From Methanothrix sp. (GTDB lineage: Archaea > Halobacteriota > Methanosarcinia > Methanotrichales > Methanotrichaceae): a stretch of DNA of 64,000 bases. The notes beneath the pieces were generated by a model that saw nothing but the letters and a program-made list of their open reading frames with translations, was not told where the DNA came from and made no database searches. The DNA lies in assembly GCA_963682135.1 (NCBI GenBank), contig OY821645.1, positions 608,001-672,000 on the forward strand. The letters are read 5' to 3'. This document shows positions 19,726-29,110 of this stretch, piece after piece. How positions within the stretch are numbered: position 1 is the first letter of the stretch; each line of letters begins with the position of its first letter. The translations under genes were made by a program, and so were the position numbers.

Positions 19726-22700
19726 TTATGCTTTTCCTTCCACAATCCGTTTCTCTTCCTCCGTCAATCCGTACAGCCTGTACACGACCGCATCGATCAG
19801 CTCATCCGTCTGCTTTATCCGCTCCCTCAAGGGCGCAAGCTTGCCCATCGACCCCTCGAACTCGGCTTTGAGGGCCTCCGCCGGCTCGCGTCTGGCCGGA
19901 TCGATGGCCAGTTTCTTGCTGTTCTTCTTGAGCACCGCCAAAAAGCTCTCATAATCGTGCTCGTAGTAGCCCTGCAGCTTTGTCTTGGGCGTGAGGTCCT
20001 CTACCTTTGCTCCCAGGTAGCTCTCCAACCAGCTTAGGAAGTCTTTGATCTCTTTCTGCTTCTGTTTGTTCATCTCCAACATCTTCTCCGCCAGGTGGGC
20101 CAGAAGATCGTGCACCACATCCGAGCGCTCCTGTTCGGCGATGAAATTGCCCTCCCCGTCTTTGGGCAGGCAGGCCTCCACGGCAGCCAGGATCTCGGCG
20201 TGCTTGCCATCGGCATAGAGCTGCATCAGCTCCGCCCCCAGGCGGGCGCGCTCGGGCGCGGGGGTGGTGAAGGATATGCGGCGGATGGGGAGCTCAGAAA
20301 CAAGAGGGGCTCTGAAATTTATCCCACCATCCATACTCAGGTTCCCATATACCTCCTTGATAAAAAATGTCATTAATTTGGAATTTAGTATCGTTAATAT
20401 ACAGGATAGATTATAATTTGTAGACGATCCCTCAAAAATAATAGCAGTAGATTTGCCTGCAATATATTCTCCATTTTTATCCAAGAATGTTTCAAAGTGC
20501 CTTATTCCAGAAACAATTATTTTTTTGGTGGATGATTGCATGAACCTCTTTGGAAAGCTTTTTTGAAAATCGCTTTTTTTAACGGCTGGCATATTGTAAT
20601 TACGTTTTAAATATGTGGTTGGTTCTACCCCCCACAACGAAGTATACCTGTCAATTGTACCAGTTACTATAAACTTAAAGTCCTCTGAATCTTCTTGTTT
20701 TGTATCTCTTAATAGTGCGGGTAATTCATAAGCTTCTGAAACTGTTGAAGCTTCCTTAACAATAAAAATTTCAGATAGCATTTGACTCGCTTCTTGCACT
20801 TTGATTAGCATGATGGGATCTTTAGAAAATATGATCCCCCAATTTTTTGTAGCATAAAAATTTTTTGTATTAATATAGTTGTTTAATATTTTCAAATAGT
20901 TTTTATCAAAGATTTCGATATTAAGTTCTTGATGAGTCTGTTTGTCCATGAAAACAACGACTGGAAATATTGAGGCCTCTTCGAAAACTTTAGCTTTAGA
21001 ATAATCGGATATCCAATACAAATTCTCCTTAGAAAACTCCCTCAAAGATAATCCGTATCCAGCAGCGATCCACTTATTAGGCGTGATTAGTGATGCTTTT
21101 CCTTTGGTATTAATCAGTTGCAAGGCCAATTCCCAAAATGGTATGTATAAATCCCAATTTCCACTAGCAGTCTTAAACCGCTTTGATATTACATCTCTTT
21201 CAGCTGGTGAATTTTTCACCATATTTTCAGAATCAACATAGGGTGGGTTCCCGATAACCACATCGAATCCGGGATTTTCCCCGGCAAACGCTTCAGGAAA
21301 CTCCATCCTCCAGTGGAAGAATCGCTTCTCTTTCGCCAGCACCTGGGCTCTTGTGAACCAATCTTGTTCCCTCAGGTAGGACAAGTCCGGAAACTTCTCC
21401 GGGTTCAGGTGGTTTTGCAGCTCATAGTAATCGTCATCTTTCACTTTGTTCCCAAAGAACGAGGATAGCCAGACATTAGAAAGATCGTTTAGCCTTCGGG
21501 AGAGCTCTGATTCCTTGATCTGACGGAACTGCTCTTCTTTCCACTTTACCGTCTGCAAGTTATCGTCCGGCAGAGCTGCCATGAGTCTGTACCTACCGAG
21601 GAGTTTATCCGTGTGACTTTTCAGCCCAAAGCTCCAGATCTGCGTCTGCTCCGCCTGCCCGCCGGGCAGCACAGCGAGTTTTTCTAGCTCCGCTCCGATG
21701 AGGCTGTTTCCGCATCTCAAGTGATGGTCCAGGAAGCTCAGCGGCTTGTTGGAGGCAACTGTGGTAAGCCACAACGATAATTTGGCCAGCTCCACAGCCA
21801 TGGGGTTGAGATCCACGCCGTAGATACAATTTCTCACCACCTCGCGCCTAGCCCAATGAATGTCGTTCTCAGCTATCTCTTCCGATTCCAGCTCCTCGTG
21901 TCTGGCTATCTCTTTGGCATGAATAATCTCCCTGGCGATGTAATCAGTAGCCTCAACTAGGAAATGACCGGACCCCATGGCCGGATCGAGGACCTTCAGG
22001 GAAAGCAGCTTCTTGAGAAGATCCTTGCGCAGGTCCTCAGACCAGATGGCTTCCTCCATCATCGGATTTATCAATGGCGCAAGTGTGTTTTTCACCATGT
22101 GCTTCACGATATATTCCGGTGTGTAGAAGGAGCCGGTGGCCTTTCTCTCCCCCTTGTCCGTCACCAAATACAGGCCACCCGCCTCAACGCTGTCTGTGAA
22201 TTTCTTGCCGGCCTTGCTCGCCGGCAACCAGACCTCTTTGCCCTTTTCTTTGACGGCCACCATGGGCTCCCCGGCCAGGTGCAGCTTGTACTCAAGAATG
22301 CCTTCATAGATCGATCCCAGGTGTCGAATGTCCAGGGACGAATAATCTACGAAAACCATTTTTCCTTCGCCTGGGGAGCGTGCCAGGAGGTCAATGGCCC
22401 CTGCCAGATATGAGTTTCCTATCTTCTTTTGAGAGAGAAACGGATTTTTCAAGGGATCAAAGAGCCCGCCATTGTATGCCGGGATGTAGAACTCTTCCTT
22501 GGGATAGCCGAAGGCTTCACTACCATCGTTTATGAGGCGGAACAGGTCCTTGAGTCCCTCCCAGTAAGTAGATCTGACCGCCAGCATGCTCTCGCCCTGA
22601 TCCATCTTTTCTGAGATTTCTTCCTTCAGCTTGCGTAGACTCATTTCCCTGTAGTGCTTGTTGTCGGTGTTGAGAAGCTTCCTGCTCTCGGCATAGAAGA

Positions 22701-23628
22701 TGAAAAGCATTCGATAGAGCAGGCGCATGGAGTTATCCTGCACATCTCTTATGTCTTCCAACGCATGGGACAACGAGTTCGATTGCTCTGCAAAAAAACC
22801 TTCAGCCAGGACCTTCATTGCTTTATAGACATTCTCTTGCAGGTCATTTCCAACCTTCTGGGCGTATGCTGCGCTCTCCTCCCTTACTCTATCCAGGAAA
22901 GATGAACCGAGCGGAACCTGGGGAAAGGCTTCCAGCCGGAAGAAGAGATAAAAATACTTGAAAAGAGTGATATCGCCGCTCTCCTCGATCCGATTGATCA
23001 GCTCAGGGAGGTTTACCTCATAGTAACAGTCCATCTTGACGCTGGTGTCTTCATGGTAAAGCCTCCACATTCTCCCATTGGTGAGAATCGCCCACTTCGC
23101 AGGGGTTGCTCGCAGGTAGTTGTCAATCTGATAGCTTGGATTGGCCATGTCTCTCTGAGCTTTCCCCTGGCGGCTCTTGTCCAGAGCTACATTCCAGGCT
23201 TTTGCATCCCCTACGACAACGGCCTTTTTGTAGAAACCTTCTGAGTCTTTCTTGTGTGAATAAGCCTCATCGAGCGTCTTTCTATCTGGAAAGAAGGCAT
23301 AGTCGGGTTTCAGAGGGTCATGATGCACGCTTTCTTGAACCCCGTAATGATGACCGAGTTTGTCAAAGGCCGGCCTGATCAAATTGTGCTCCAGATCCGC
23401 CTCAACGTACCTTTCGAAATTTTTCCCTTTCCGCTCGAAGATCTCTTTTATTTGAGAGAATGTTTCACGGAGACGGGCATCATCATCATCCCATTCTGGA
23501 ACCTTCTGGATCATATTCTCTAAGTAATGATTTGAAAAAAGGCCGCTGTTATTGAACGCATTTATAGTCGTTGTTGTCTCCGTGGTTGCCGCCAATTGCC
23601 TATCCTCCGAGTAAGGATCATTCATCAT
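19726..23628 (-). CDS. Type IIG restriction-modification enzyme (Eco57I-like; fused endonuclease, N6-adenine methyltransferase and TRD)
   Basis: PD..DAK nuclease motif, ILTNG.WRLY, GSIYEGIL, GSFYTP, DPAMGSGHFL, GNPPY, C-terminal IDAVVYRLYGLTEEE. Confidence 0.93.
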   Translation of the reverse strand: MMNDPYSEDRQLAATTETTTTINAFNNSGLFSNHYLENMIQKVPEWDDDDARLRETFSQIKEIFERKGKNFERYVEADLEHNLIRPAFDKLGHHYGVQESVHHDPLKPDYAFFPDRKTLDEAYSHKKDSEGFYKKAVVVGDAKAWNVALDKSRQGKAQRDMANPSYQIDNYLRATPAKWAILTNGRMWRLYHEDTSVKMDCYYEVNLPELINRIEESGDITLFKYFYLFFRLEAFPQVPLGSSFLDRVREESAAYAQKVGNDLQENVYKAMKVLAEGFFAEQSNSLSHALEDIRDVQDNSMRLLYRMLFIFYAESRKLLNTDNKHYREMSLRKLKEEISEKMDQGESMLAVRSTYWEGLKDLFRLINDGSEAFGYPKEEFYIPAYNGGLFDPLKNPFLSQKKIGNSYLAGAIDLLARSPGEGKMVFVDYSSLDIRHLGSIYEGILEYKLHLAGEPMVAVKEKGKEVWLPASKAGKKFTDSVEAGGLYLVTDKGERKATGSFYTPEYIVKHMVKNTLAPLINPMMEEAIWSEDLRKDLLKKLLSLKVLDPAMGSGHFLVEATDYIAREIIHAKEIARHEELESEEIAENDIHWARREVVRNCIYGVDLNPMAVELAKLSLWLTTVASNKPLSFLDHHLRCGNSLIGAELEKLAVLPGGQAEQTQIWSFGLKSHTDKLLGRYRLMAALPDDNLQTVKWKEEQFRQIKESELSRRLNDLSNVWLSSFFGNKVKDDDYYELQNHLNPEKFPDLSYLREQDWFTRAQVLAKEKRFFHWRMEFPEAFAGENPGFDVVIGNPPYVDSENMVKNSPAERDVISKRFKTASGNWDLYIPFWELALQLINTKGKASLITPNKWIAAGYGLSLREFSKENLYWISDYSKAKVFEEASIFPVVVFMDKQTHQELNIEIFDKNYLKILNNYINTKNFYATKNWGIIFSKDPIMLIKVQEASQMLSEIFIVKEASTVSEAYELPALLRDTKQEDSEDFKFIVTGTIDRYTSLWGVEPTTYLKRNYNMPAVKKSDFQKSFPKRFMQSSTKKIIVSGIRHFETFLDKNGEYIAGKSTAIIFEGSSTNYNLSCILTILNSKLMTFFIKEVYGNLSMDGGINFRAPLVSELPIRRISFTTPAPERARLGAELMQLYADGKHAEILAAVEACLPKDGEGNFIAEQERSDVVHDLLAHLAEKMLEMNKQKQKEIKDFLSWLESYLGAKVEDLTPKTKLQGYYEHDYESFLAVLKKNSKKLAIDPARREPAEALKAEFEGSMGKLAPLRERIKQTDELIDAVVYRLYGLTEEEKRIVEGKA

Positions 23629-24237
23629 ATCCAAAAGCTTTGCGGGAAGCAATTGGATTGCGTGGCCTGGATATCATGGCGCGCGGCAGGCCGGCAGCCG
23701 GGAGAGATCCGGGGGCACAGGGACAGGCGGCAGATATCCGGGTGCCATGCAGGCCGAAGGAGATGCCTTTCAGGGGGCGGAAGATATTGGACGCGCTGGT
23801 CTTTTTAAGGCGATTTTCTCGCGGCTACAGGAAGGCGAATTGTACTTTCTGGCGGAAACTCACTGGGCTGACCGATATCGCCAGTCAAGCGGTGAAGTCC
23901 AGGCCGCAGGCGGTCTGCGGGTCCTGGGGATCGCACTCGTTGGAGCGTTGCCTGGTAGTAGAGAGCCCGCAAGCTGTCACACTTCTTGCTCGAAGATGAC
24001 GCCCAGATCTTGGGTGACTATGGGACGCCTTGGGGTCCGCGGCCAGGGCTCGCGTGGCGTGCTCACTGGAGCGCAGCAGGTACGCCCGTCCGCTGGCAGC
24101 CGAGCCCCAGGGCCATGCAGGCGTCAAGCGGCTGAGAGCGAGCTATCGGCTGCGGTTTAGCAGCTCAATCACCGGTCTAGCTAGCCAAGGTCTACGGTGC
24201 ATAGGCCCGGGTTGTAAAGGAGGTCGGGATTCTCGGG

Positions 24238-24417
24238 GTCCTGGCGGAGGAGTTCCTGGGGCCTGCGACCTTCAATGCGTACATGGATCTGAAGTTCTTC
24301 CTGGAAGATTTGCTGCAGCGCCCTGTAGATTTGGTGACCCGTAAATCTATTCGGCCCAGGATCAAAGCACAGGTAGATAGCGAGGCCCAATATGTCGAGG
24401 GACTATCTGCATGAGAT
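24238..24417 (+). pseudogene. Relic of a minimal nucleotidyltransferase (MNT)-HEPN toxin-antitoxin pair
   Basis: TFNAYMDLKFFLEDLLQRPVDLVTRKSIRPRIKAQVDSEAQYV (MNT C-terminal half) overlapping ATG 24392 MSRDYL (HEPN-like start), truncated. Confidence 0.65.
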
Positions 24418-24422
24418 AAAAT

Positions 24423-25151
24423 TCACATTGGTTTTCTTCCCACCATCAGGGCAATGCAAAGGTACTGCCAGAGCACATTGACCTGCACAAATCCCGCTTG
24501 CCTCCACCACTCTTCCTTCTCAGCCCTGCTGGCGTAGTAGTGTGTCTCTTGCTCGCTTCGCAGCCGGGCCACGAAGTCGGATAGCTTGGGATCAACTGCC
24601 GCTCTCCTGCGCTCCATCTCTTCGAAGAACCACACCTGCATGTCGCTTCCCGCTTGCGAGTAGCCTTCCGCTGCCAGGAGCCAGCCACCTGGTCTAAGCA
24701 GACGATAGCATTTGGCAATGGCTGCTTGGTAACGATCAAAGGGCAGGTGCTCCAGGACCAGAGTGGAGATGATGCCGTCATACCCTTCGCCCACCAGGCC
24801 CTTGCCCACGATTCCTTCATCCCAATCGCTTCCTGAAAGGTCCGCCACCTTGCGGCCCAGGATTGCCTGCGGGCGGGCGCAGGAGATCTTCTCCTCAGCT
24901 ACTCTCACCATTCTTCCAGAGCCGTCGATGAGAAAGACTCCGGCCGAGGGCATCTTCTGCAGTACTGCCAGAGCGGCATTGCCGGTTCCGCAGCCCAGAT
25001 CGATGAGCCTGGCATCTTGCGGCAGATAGCGCTGGCATGCCTCGGCTGTGAGGTCGAGCATCTCCTGATAGCCGGGGACAACGGCAGACTGGTAGAGGTC
25101 GTAGTCCCTGGCATGTCTGTCGTAGCATGAGACGGTTAAGTCCACTTTCAT
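24423..25151 (-). CDS. Class I SAM-dependent methyltransferase
   Basis: IDLGCGTG, LRPGG. Confidence 0.88.
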   Translation of the reverse strand: MKVDLTVSCYDRHARDYDLYQSAVVPGYQEMLDLTAEACQRYLPQDARLIDLGCGTGNAALAVLQKMPSAGVFLIDGSGRMVRVAEEKISCARPQAILGRKVADLSGSDWDEGIVGKGLVGEGYDGIISTLVLEHLPFDRYQAAIAKCYRLLRPGGWLLAAEGYSQAGSDMQVWFFEEMERRRAAVDPKLSDFVARLRSEQETHYYASRAEKEEWWRQAGFVQVNVLWQYLCIALMVGRKPM

Positions 25152-25223
25152 CGCTTCATGTCTGTTATTATCATTATTTAATTTTCGCGCAAATCTCGCA
25201 TGCATTCATGAATTCAAATAAAT

Positions 25224-26468
25224 TCAAAGAAGCTGCCAGTAAACCAGCACATTAAGAATTGTCAATGGCACCCCTACCCTGGCAAACTCCAGGAAGGTCA
25301 GTGTCTCGCCGCTCTTCTCAGCATTCTGGATGATTATCACATTGCTCGCCGCACCTAAGATGAAGAGATTCCCGGCAATGGTGCTCCCGGCAGCCAGGGC
25401 CATGAGCGCCTGCGGGGATGGATTGGCAAGCAGCGGCTGGCAGAGGGCAACCATTGGCACATTGGAGATGAGCTGGCTTAGGAGGACGCTAAAGGCCAGA
25501 ATAGTAGGAATAGAGGCCAGATCCGCTTTTGATCCGGCCAAAAGAGACTGAAAAGAGCCCGAACTCCAGACCGCATCCATGAGAACGAACATGGCTGCAA
25601 AGAAAACTAGAGTGCACCAATCTATGCCCTTCAGAACCTTGTACCTGTTGCTGCTGAAAAGAAGGATGGGCAGCGCCGAGATAAGGGCGATGTAGGTCAG
25701 CCGGAACTCGCCGCCAACGCCTAAAGAAACTGCTGCCATCTTGGCCAGAATCATTACGAAAAGCAGAATAAAAGATATGCGGGATAGACGTGCCAATGCC
25801 GGATCGGTGACCCTTTCCTGGCATATCTCCAGGGTTCTTTTCTGAAACTGCTCTTTGTAGAAGACTCTGAGCAGCAAATAGGCCAGCAGAAGATTGGCAA
25901 TGGTGGGCAGCAGCAGGTAATGCAGAAAGACAAGAAATGGATTGGACAGATCCGAGTTGACGGCGATGAGCAGATTTTGCGGATTGCCGATGGGACTCAC
26001 GGCGCTGCCTATGGTCACGGCAAAGGCCAGCGTCAAGAGCAGAAGCTTGGGGTCTATTTTGAGCGTTCGGGCAAAGTAGAGCATGAGCGGCGTGCCGATG
26101 ATGGCCAGGGTGTCATTCATGAGCAGAGCCGAGAGAAATCCCATAGCAAAAAGAATGAGAAGCAGAAGCTGATCGAGATTTTGGGCCCGGCAAAAGATTC
26201 GATTGAACCGGAAAAGGAGATAGCCGCTTCTCTGCATAGACTCCCCAATCACGAACATTGCTCCCAGAAATACCATCACATCCAGGTTTATGGCGCCTAG
26301 CGCCTCCGCTGGAGATATCTGCCCGGTGAAAAGAACCAATAATGCGCCCAGCAGCATAATCTGCCAGATGGCAAGGCTATTCTTGCCCATCTGACGGACG
26401 GCTATGAGGATCAGAACGGCGGCTAAAGCCATGACGGAGATATTGGCATTATTTAGGGCTTCGAGCAT
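25224..26468 (-). CDS. ArsB/NhaD (SLC13-like) anion transporter
   Basis: SALLMND, SPIGNPQN, SNVP, GAASNVI. Confidence 0.88.
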   Translation of the reverse strand: MLEALNNANISVMALAAVLILIAVRQMGKNSLAIWQIMLLGALLVLFTGQISPAEALGAINLDVMVFLGAMFVIGESMQRSGYLLFRFNRIFCRAQNLDQLLLLILFAMGFLSALLMNDTLAIIGTPLMLYFARTLKIDPKLLLLTLAFAVTIGSAVSPIGNPQNLLIAVNSDLSNPFLVFLHYLLLPTIANLLLAYLLLRVFYKEQFQKRTLEICQERVTDPALARLSRISFILLFVMILAKMAAVSLGVGGEFRLTYIALISALPILLFSSNRYKVLKGIDWCTLVFFAAMFVLMDAVWSSGSFQSLLAGSKADLASIPTILAFSVLLSQLISNVPMVALCQPLLANPSPQALMALAAGSTIAGNLFILGAASNVIIIQNAEKSGETLTFLEFARVGVPLTILNVLVYWQLL

Positions 26469-26648
26469 CGCAAGACCTCGCAATCCATGCAGATGGACTT
26501 ATAGTTTTCCCAGAGTCACTCCATTATCCACGCATAGTTGTGTCTTGCTCCCAAGTCCATACACTCGATTACGCCTTTGGATATGCATAAATTGTAATAT
26601 ATATTCCTGACCGACACCCTTATAGCTTGTTATAATGCTACATGCTAC

Positions 26649-26711
26649 CACACACCACAGCTTTCCCCTGGAAAGCCGCAATTTGTGTGTAGTCCGGGCT
26701 GAAGGGACTGC
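26649..26711 (+). promoter_or_regulatory. Candidate structured 5' leader of the symporter operon
   Basis: Nested stems CACACA/TGTGTG and GCTTTCC/GGAAAGC, then GTAGTCC/GGACTGC; TATA-like sequence at ~26619-26636. Confidence 0.3.
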
Positions 26712-26729
26712 AATCAGGCAGCATTATGG

Positions 26730-26930
26730 TTGGTGATAGTCGTGCTTGGCATCGATGATCCTTGGATCTGGGGAGTTTATCTTCTTTGTATCATTAGCGC
26801 GCTTTTATGCGTGGTTTACGGATTCGTAAACTGGAATAAAGAAGGAGAGCTGGAGGCATTAGAAATAAAAGAGGAAGCCGACTGGGAAGCCGGTGAAGAA
26901 GAGATGCAGGAAAAAGAGATGGGATTGTGA
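26730..26930 (+). CDS. Symporter small accessory membrane protein
   Basis: LGIDDPWIWGVYLLC..YGFVNWN directly upstream of the SSS gene. Confidence 0.85.
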   Translation: MVIVVLGIDDPWIWGVYLLCIISALLCVVYGFVNWNKEGELEALEIKEEADWEAGEEEMQEKEMGL

Positions 26931-26935
26931 TCTAA

Positions 26936-28522
26936 ATGAATCTTACTCTTCTATATATTATTGTTCTGATCTACCTTCTTGCTACCATTTATCTAGGTTA
27001 TAGAGGCTGGAAGTCAACCAAGGACTCAGAGGGCTACCTGGTGGCGGGCAGAAAGACACATCCCTATATCATGGCCATGAGCTACGGGGCTACCTTCATC
27101 AGCACTTCGGCCATCGTAGGCTTCGGCGGCTCAGCCGGCCTCTTCGGCATGGGCCTCCTGTGGTTGACGCTGCTCAACATATTCGTAGGTATCTTTTTGG
27201 CCTTCATTGTTTATGGCAAACGCACCCGAAAGATAGGACACAACCTCAATGCTATGACCTTTCCCGAGCTATTAGGAAAAAGATTCGATAGCAAATTCAT
27301 CCAGTATTTCAGCGGGCTTGTCATCTTCTTCGGCATGCCGCTTTACGCCTCGGTGGTTCTGATCGGTGCTGCGCGCTTCATGGAGACTACTTTAGCTATC
27401 GACTTTAAAGTTGCACTGCTTATTTACTCCCTCATAATCACCGCTTATGTGTTCTGGGGAGGCATACGCGGCGTCATGTATACCGATGCCATGCAGGGAA
27501 CCATTATGTTCGTGGGTATGGTCTTTCTCCTGATTATGACCTACAACAATCTGGGTGGAATCACCGCGGCTCACCAGGCGCTAACCGATATGGCCCACCT
27601 GGTTCCAGCGAAGTTCGCCGCCATGGGCCACACCGGATGGACATCTATGCCTGCCTTCGGCAGCACCTGGTGGTGGACACTGGTATCAACCATTGTCATG
27701 GGCGTGGGCATTGGAGTCTTAGCCATGCCACAGCTTGTCGTGCGGTTTATGACTGTAAAATCCAATCGGGAGCTCAATCGGGGCGTTCTCATCGGCGGCA
27801 TCTTCATTTTAGCCATGACGGGCGTGGCCTTCGTGGTAGGATCTCTCTCTAATGTCTTCTTCAATCAGAACATGGGAAATATATCCGTAAACATAGCCAA
27901 AGGCAATGCAGACAGCATAATTCCCATATACATCAATGCCGCAACTCCGGAGTGGTTCGTCTACCTGTTCATGCTCACCCTTCTGGCTGCAGCCATGTCT
28001 ACATCCAGCTCCCAGTTTCATGCTCAGGGAAGCGCTATTGCCAGGGATATTTATGAGACATTGACTAATAAAAAAGGCGGCGAATCGATACTGATTACGA
28101 GGGCTGGAATAGTAATAGCTGTCATAATTGCCGTCACTCTGGGAGTAATTCTTCCCGATAACATAATAGCCCGCGGCACGGCCATCTTCTTCGGCCTGTG
28201 CGCTGCTGCCTTCCTGCCCATGTACACCAGCGCACTCTACTGGCGAGGTGCAACCAAAGCCGGTGCCATTGCCGGGCTTATTACCGGTACCTTTGTGACC
28301 GTCTTCTGGTATCTGTTCATCCATAAAGCGGAAGCCGTGCCTCTCGGCATATGCAAGATGCTTCTGGGCAGGGAAGTGCTGATAGCTTCGATGCCCTGGC
28401 CGGTGGTAGATCCGATATTAGTAGCCCTACCGCTGGCGATACTGGCAACCGTGGCCGTAAGCCTGATGACAAAGAGACCAGGAGATAAACATCTGGAGGA
28501 ATGCTTCAAAGGAATAAAATAA
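26936..28522 (+). CDS. Sodium:solute symporter (SSS family)
   Basis: YLVAGR, SYGATFISTSA, TDAMQG, PQLVVRFM, AAAMST. Confidence 0.93.
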   Translation: MNLTLLYIIVLIYLLATIYLGYRGWKSTKDSEGYLVAGRKTHPYIMAMSYGATFISTSAIVGFGGSAGLFGMGLLWLTLLNIFVGIFLAFIVYGKRTRKIGHNLNAMTFPELLGKRFDSKFIQYFSGLVIFFGMPLYASVVLIGAARFMETTLAIDFKVALLIYSLIITAYVFWGGIRGVMYTDAMQGTIMFVGMVFLLIMTYNNLGGITAAHQALTDMAHLVPAKFAAMGHTGWTSMPAFGSTWWWTLVSTIVMGVGIGVLAMPQLVVRFMTVKSNRELNRGVLIGGIFILAMTGVAFVVGSLSNVFFNQNMGNISVNIAKGNADSIIPIYINAATPEWFVYLFMLTLLAAAMSTSSSQFHAQGSAIARDIYETLTNKKGGESILITRAGIVIAVIIAVTLGVILPDNIIARGTAIFFGLCAAAFLPMYTSALYWRGATKAGAIAGLITGTFVTVFWYLFIHKAEAVPLGICKMLLGREVLIASMPWPVVDPILVALPLAILATVAVSLMTKRPGDKHLEECFKGIK

Positions 28523-28683
28523 AAATTCTTTTTATTATTTTTGTTTTTTACATTGTTGCTGGGGCGCTATCTTGCTGCCACAATTGCAATTATAAAGTTT
28601 GAAGGCATTAGTCCAACTGATAGATGAGGACAGAAAAGCTAAAAGCCTATGCCATATTGAAGATCTCTTGGAGATGACATTGA

Positions 28684-29100
28684 ATGAAGCTTATCGCGGC
28701 GATAGCCGTCTTAATTATGCTCATAATAGCCGTTCCTCAGGCTCTTGGGGAGATGACCGATTACCAGAAAGGAGTGGCCAATGGGCTTCGGATTGGACTA
28801 TTTATGGGCGAGTATCATGGAAAAGGCCAGTACGTGATGGAGACTGCCGGACAGTTCAATACATACCTGGAAAACTATAACCAGTTCCTTTGGGGGGCTT
28901 TTGCCAACAATCAAACCTTGATTAATGAGTTCATGCTCTCACCCATCCAGGTTGGGCTGCGATCCTCAAGCACCGGCGTGCTAAAGCCGGATGCCAGCGG
29001 AAGAATTCTTGGCTATCCTGCCGATTCCTACTTCACCTGGATTGGTGCGGTTCCTGGAACAAAACCCCTAAATCCAGGGGATGCGCTACCCGGCGTATAG
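28684..29100 (+). CDS. Secreted hypothetical protein
   Basis: Signal peptide, good ORF context. Confidence 0.7.
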   Translation: MKLIAAIAVLIMLIIAVPQALGEMTDYQKGVANGLRIGLFMGEYHGKGQYVMETAGQFNTYLENYNQFLWGAFANNQTLINEFMLSPIQVGLRSSSTGVLKPDASGRILGYPADSYFTWIGAVPGTKPLNPGDALPGV

Positions 29101-29110
29101 ATGATGATTC

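Noticed and set aside
18549-20270. RM tail duplicate as a DGR TR/VR pair or an invertible shufflon
   Set aside because: Differences are not adenine-specific, the copies are direct rather than inverted, and no RT or recombinase is nearby
19726-23628. BREX PglX or DISARM assignment
   Set aside because: No brx/pglZ/drm genes adjacent, and the protein has its own nuclease domain
23650-24200. GC-rich overlapping ORFs upstream of the RM gene
   Set aside because: No coherent frame or motif; likely pseudogene debris of unknown origin
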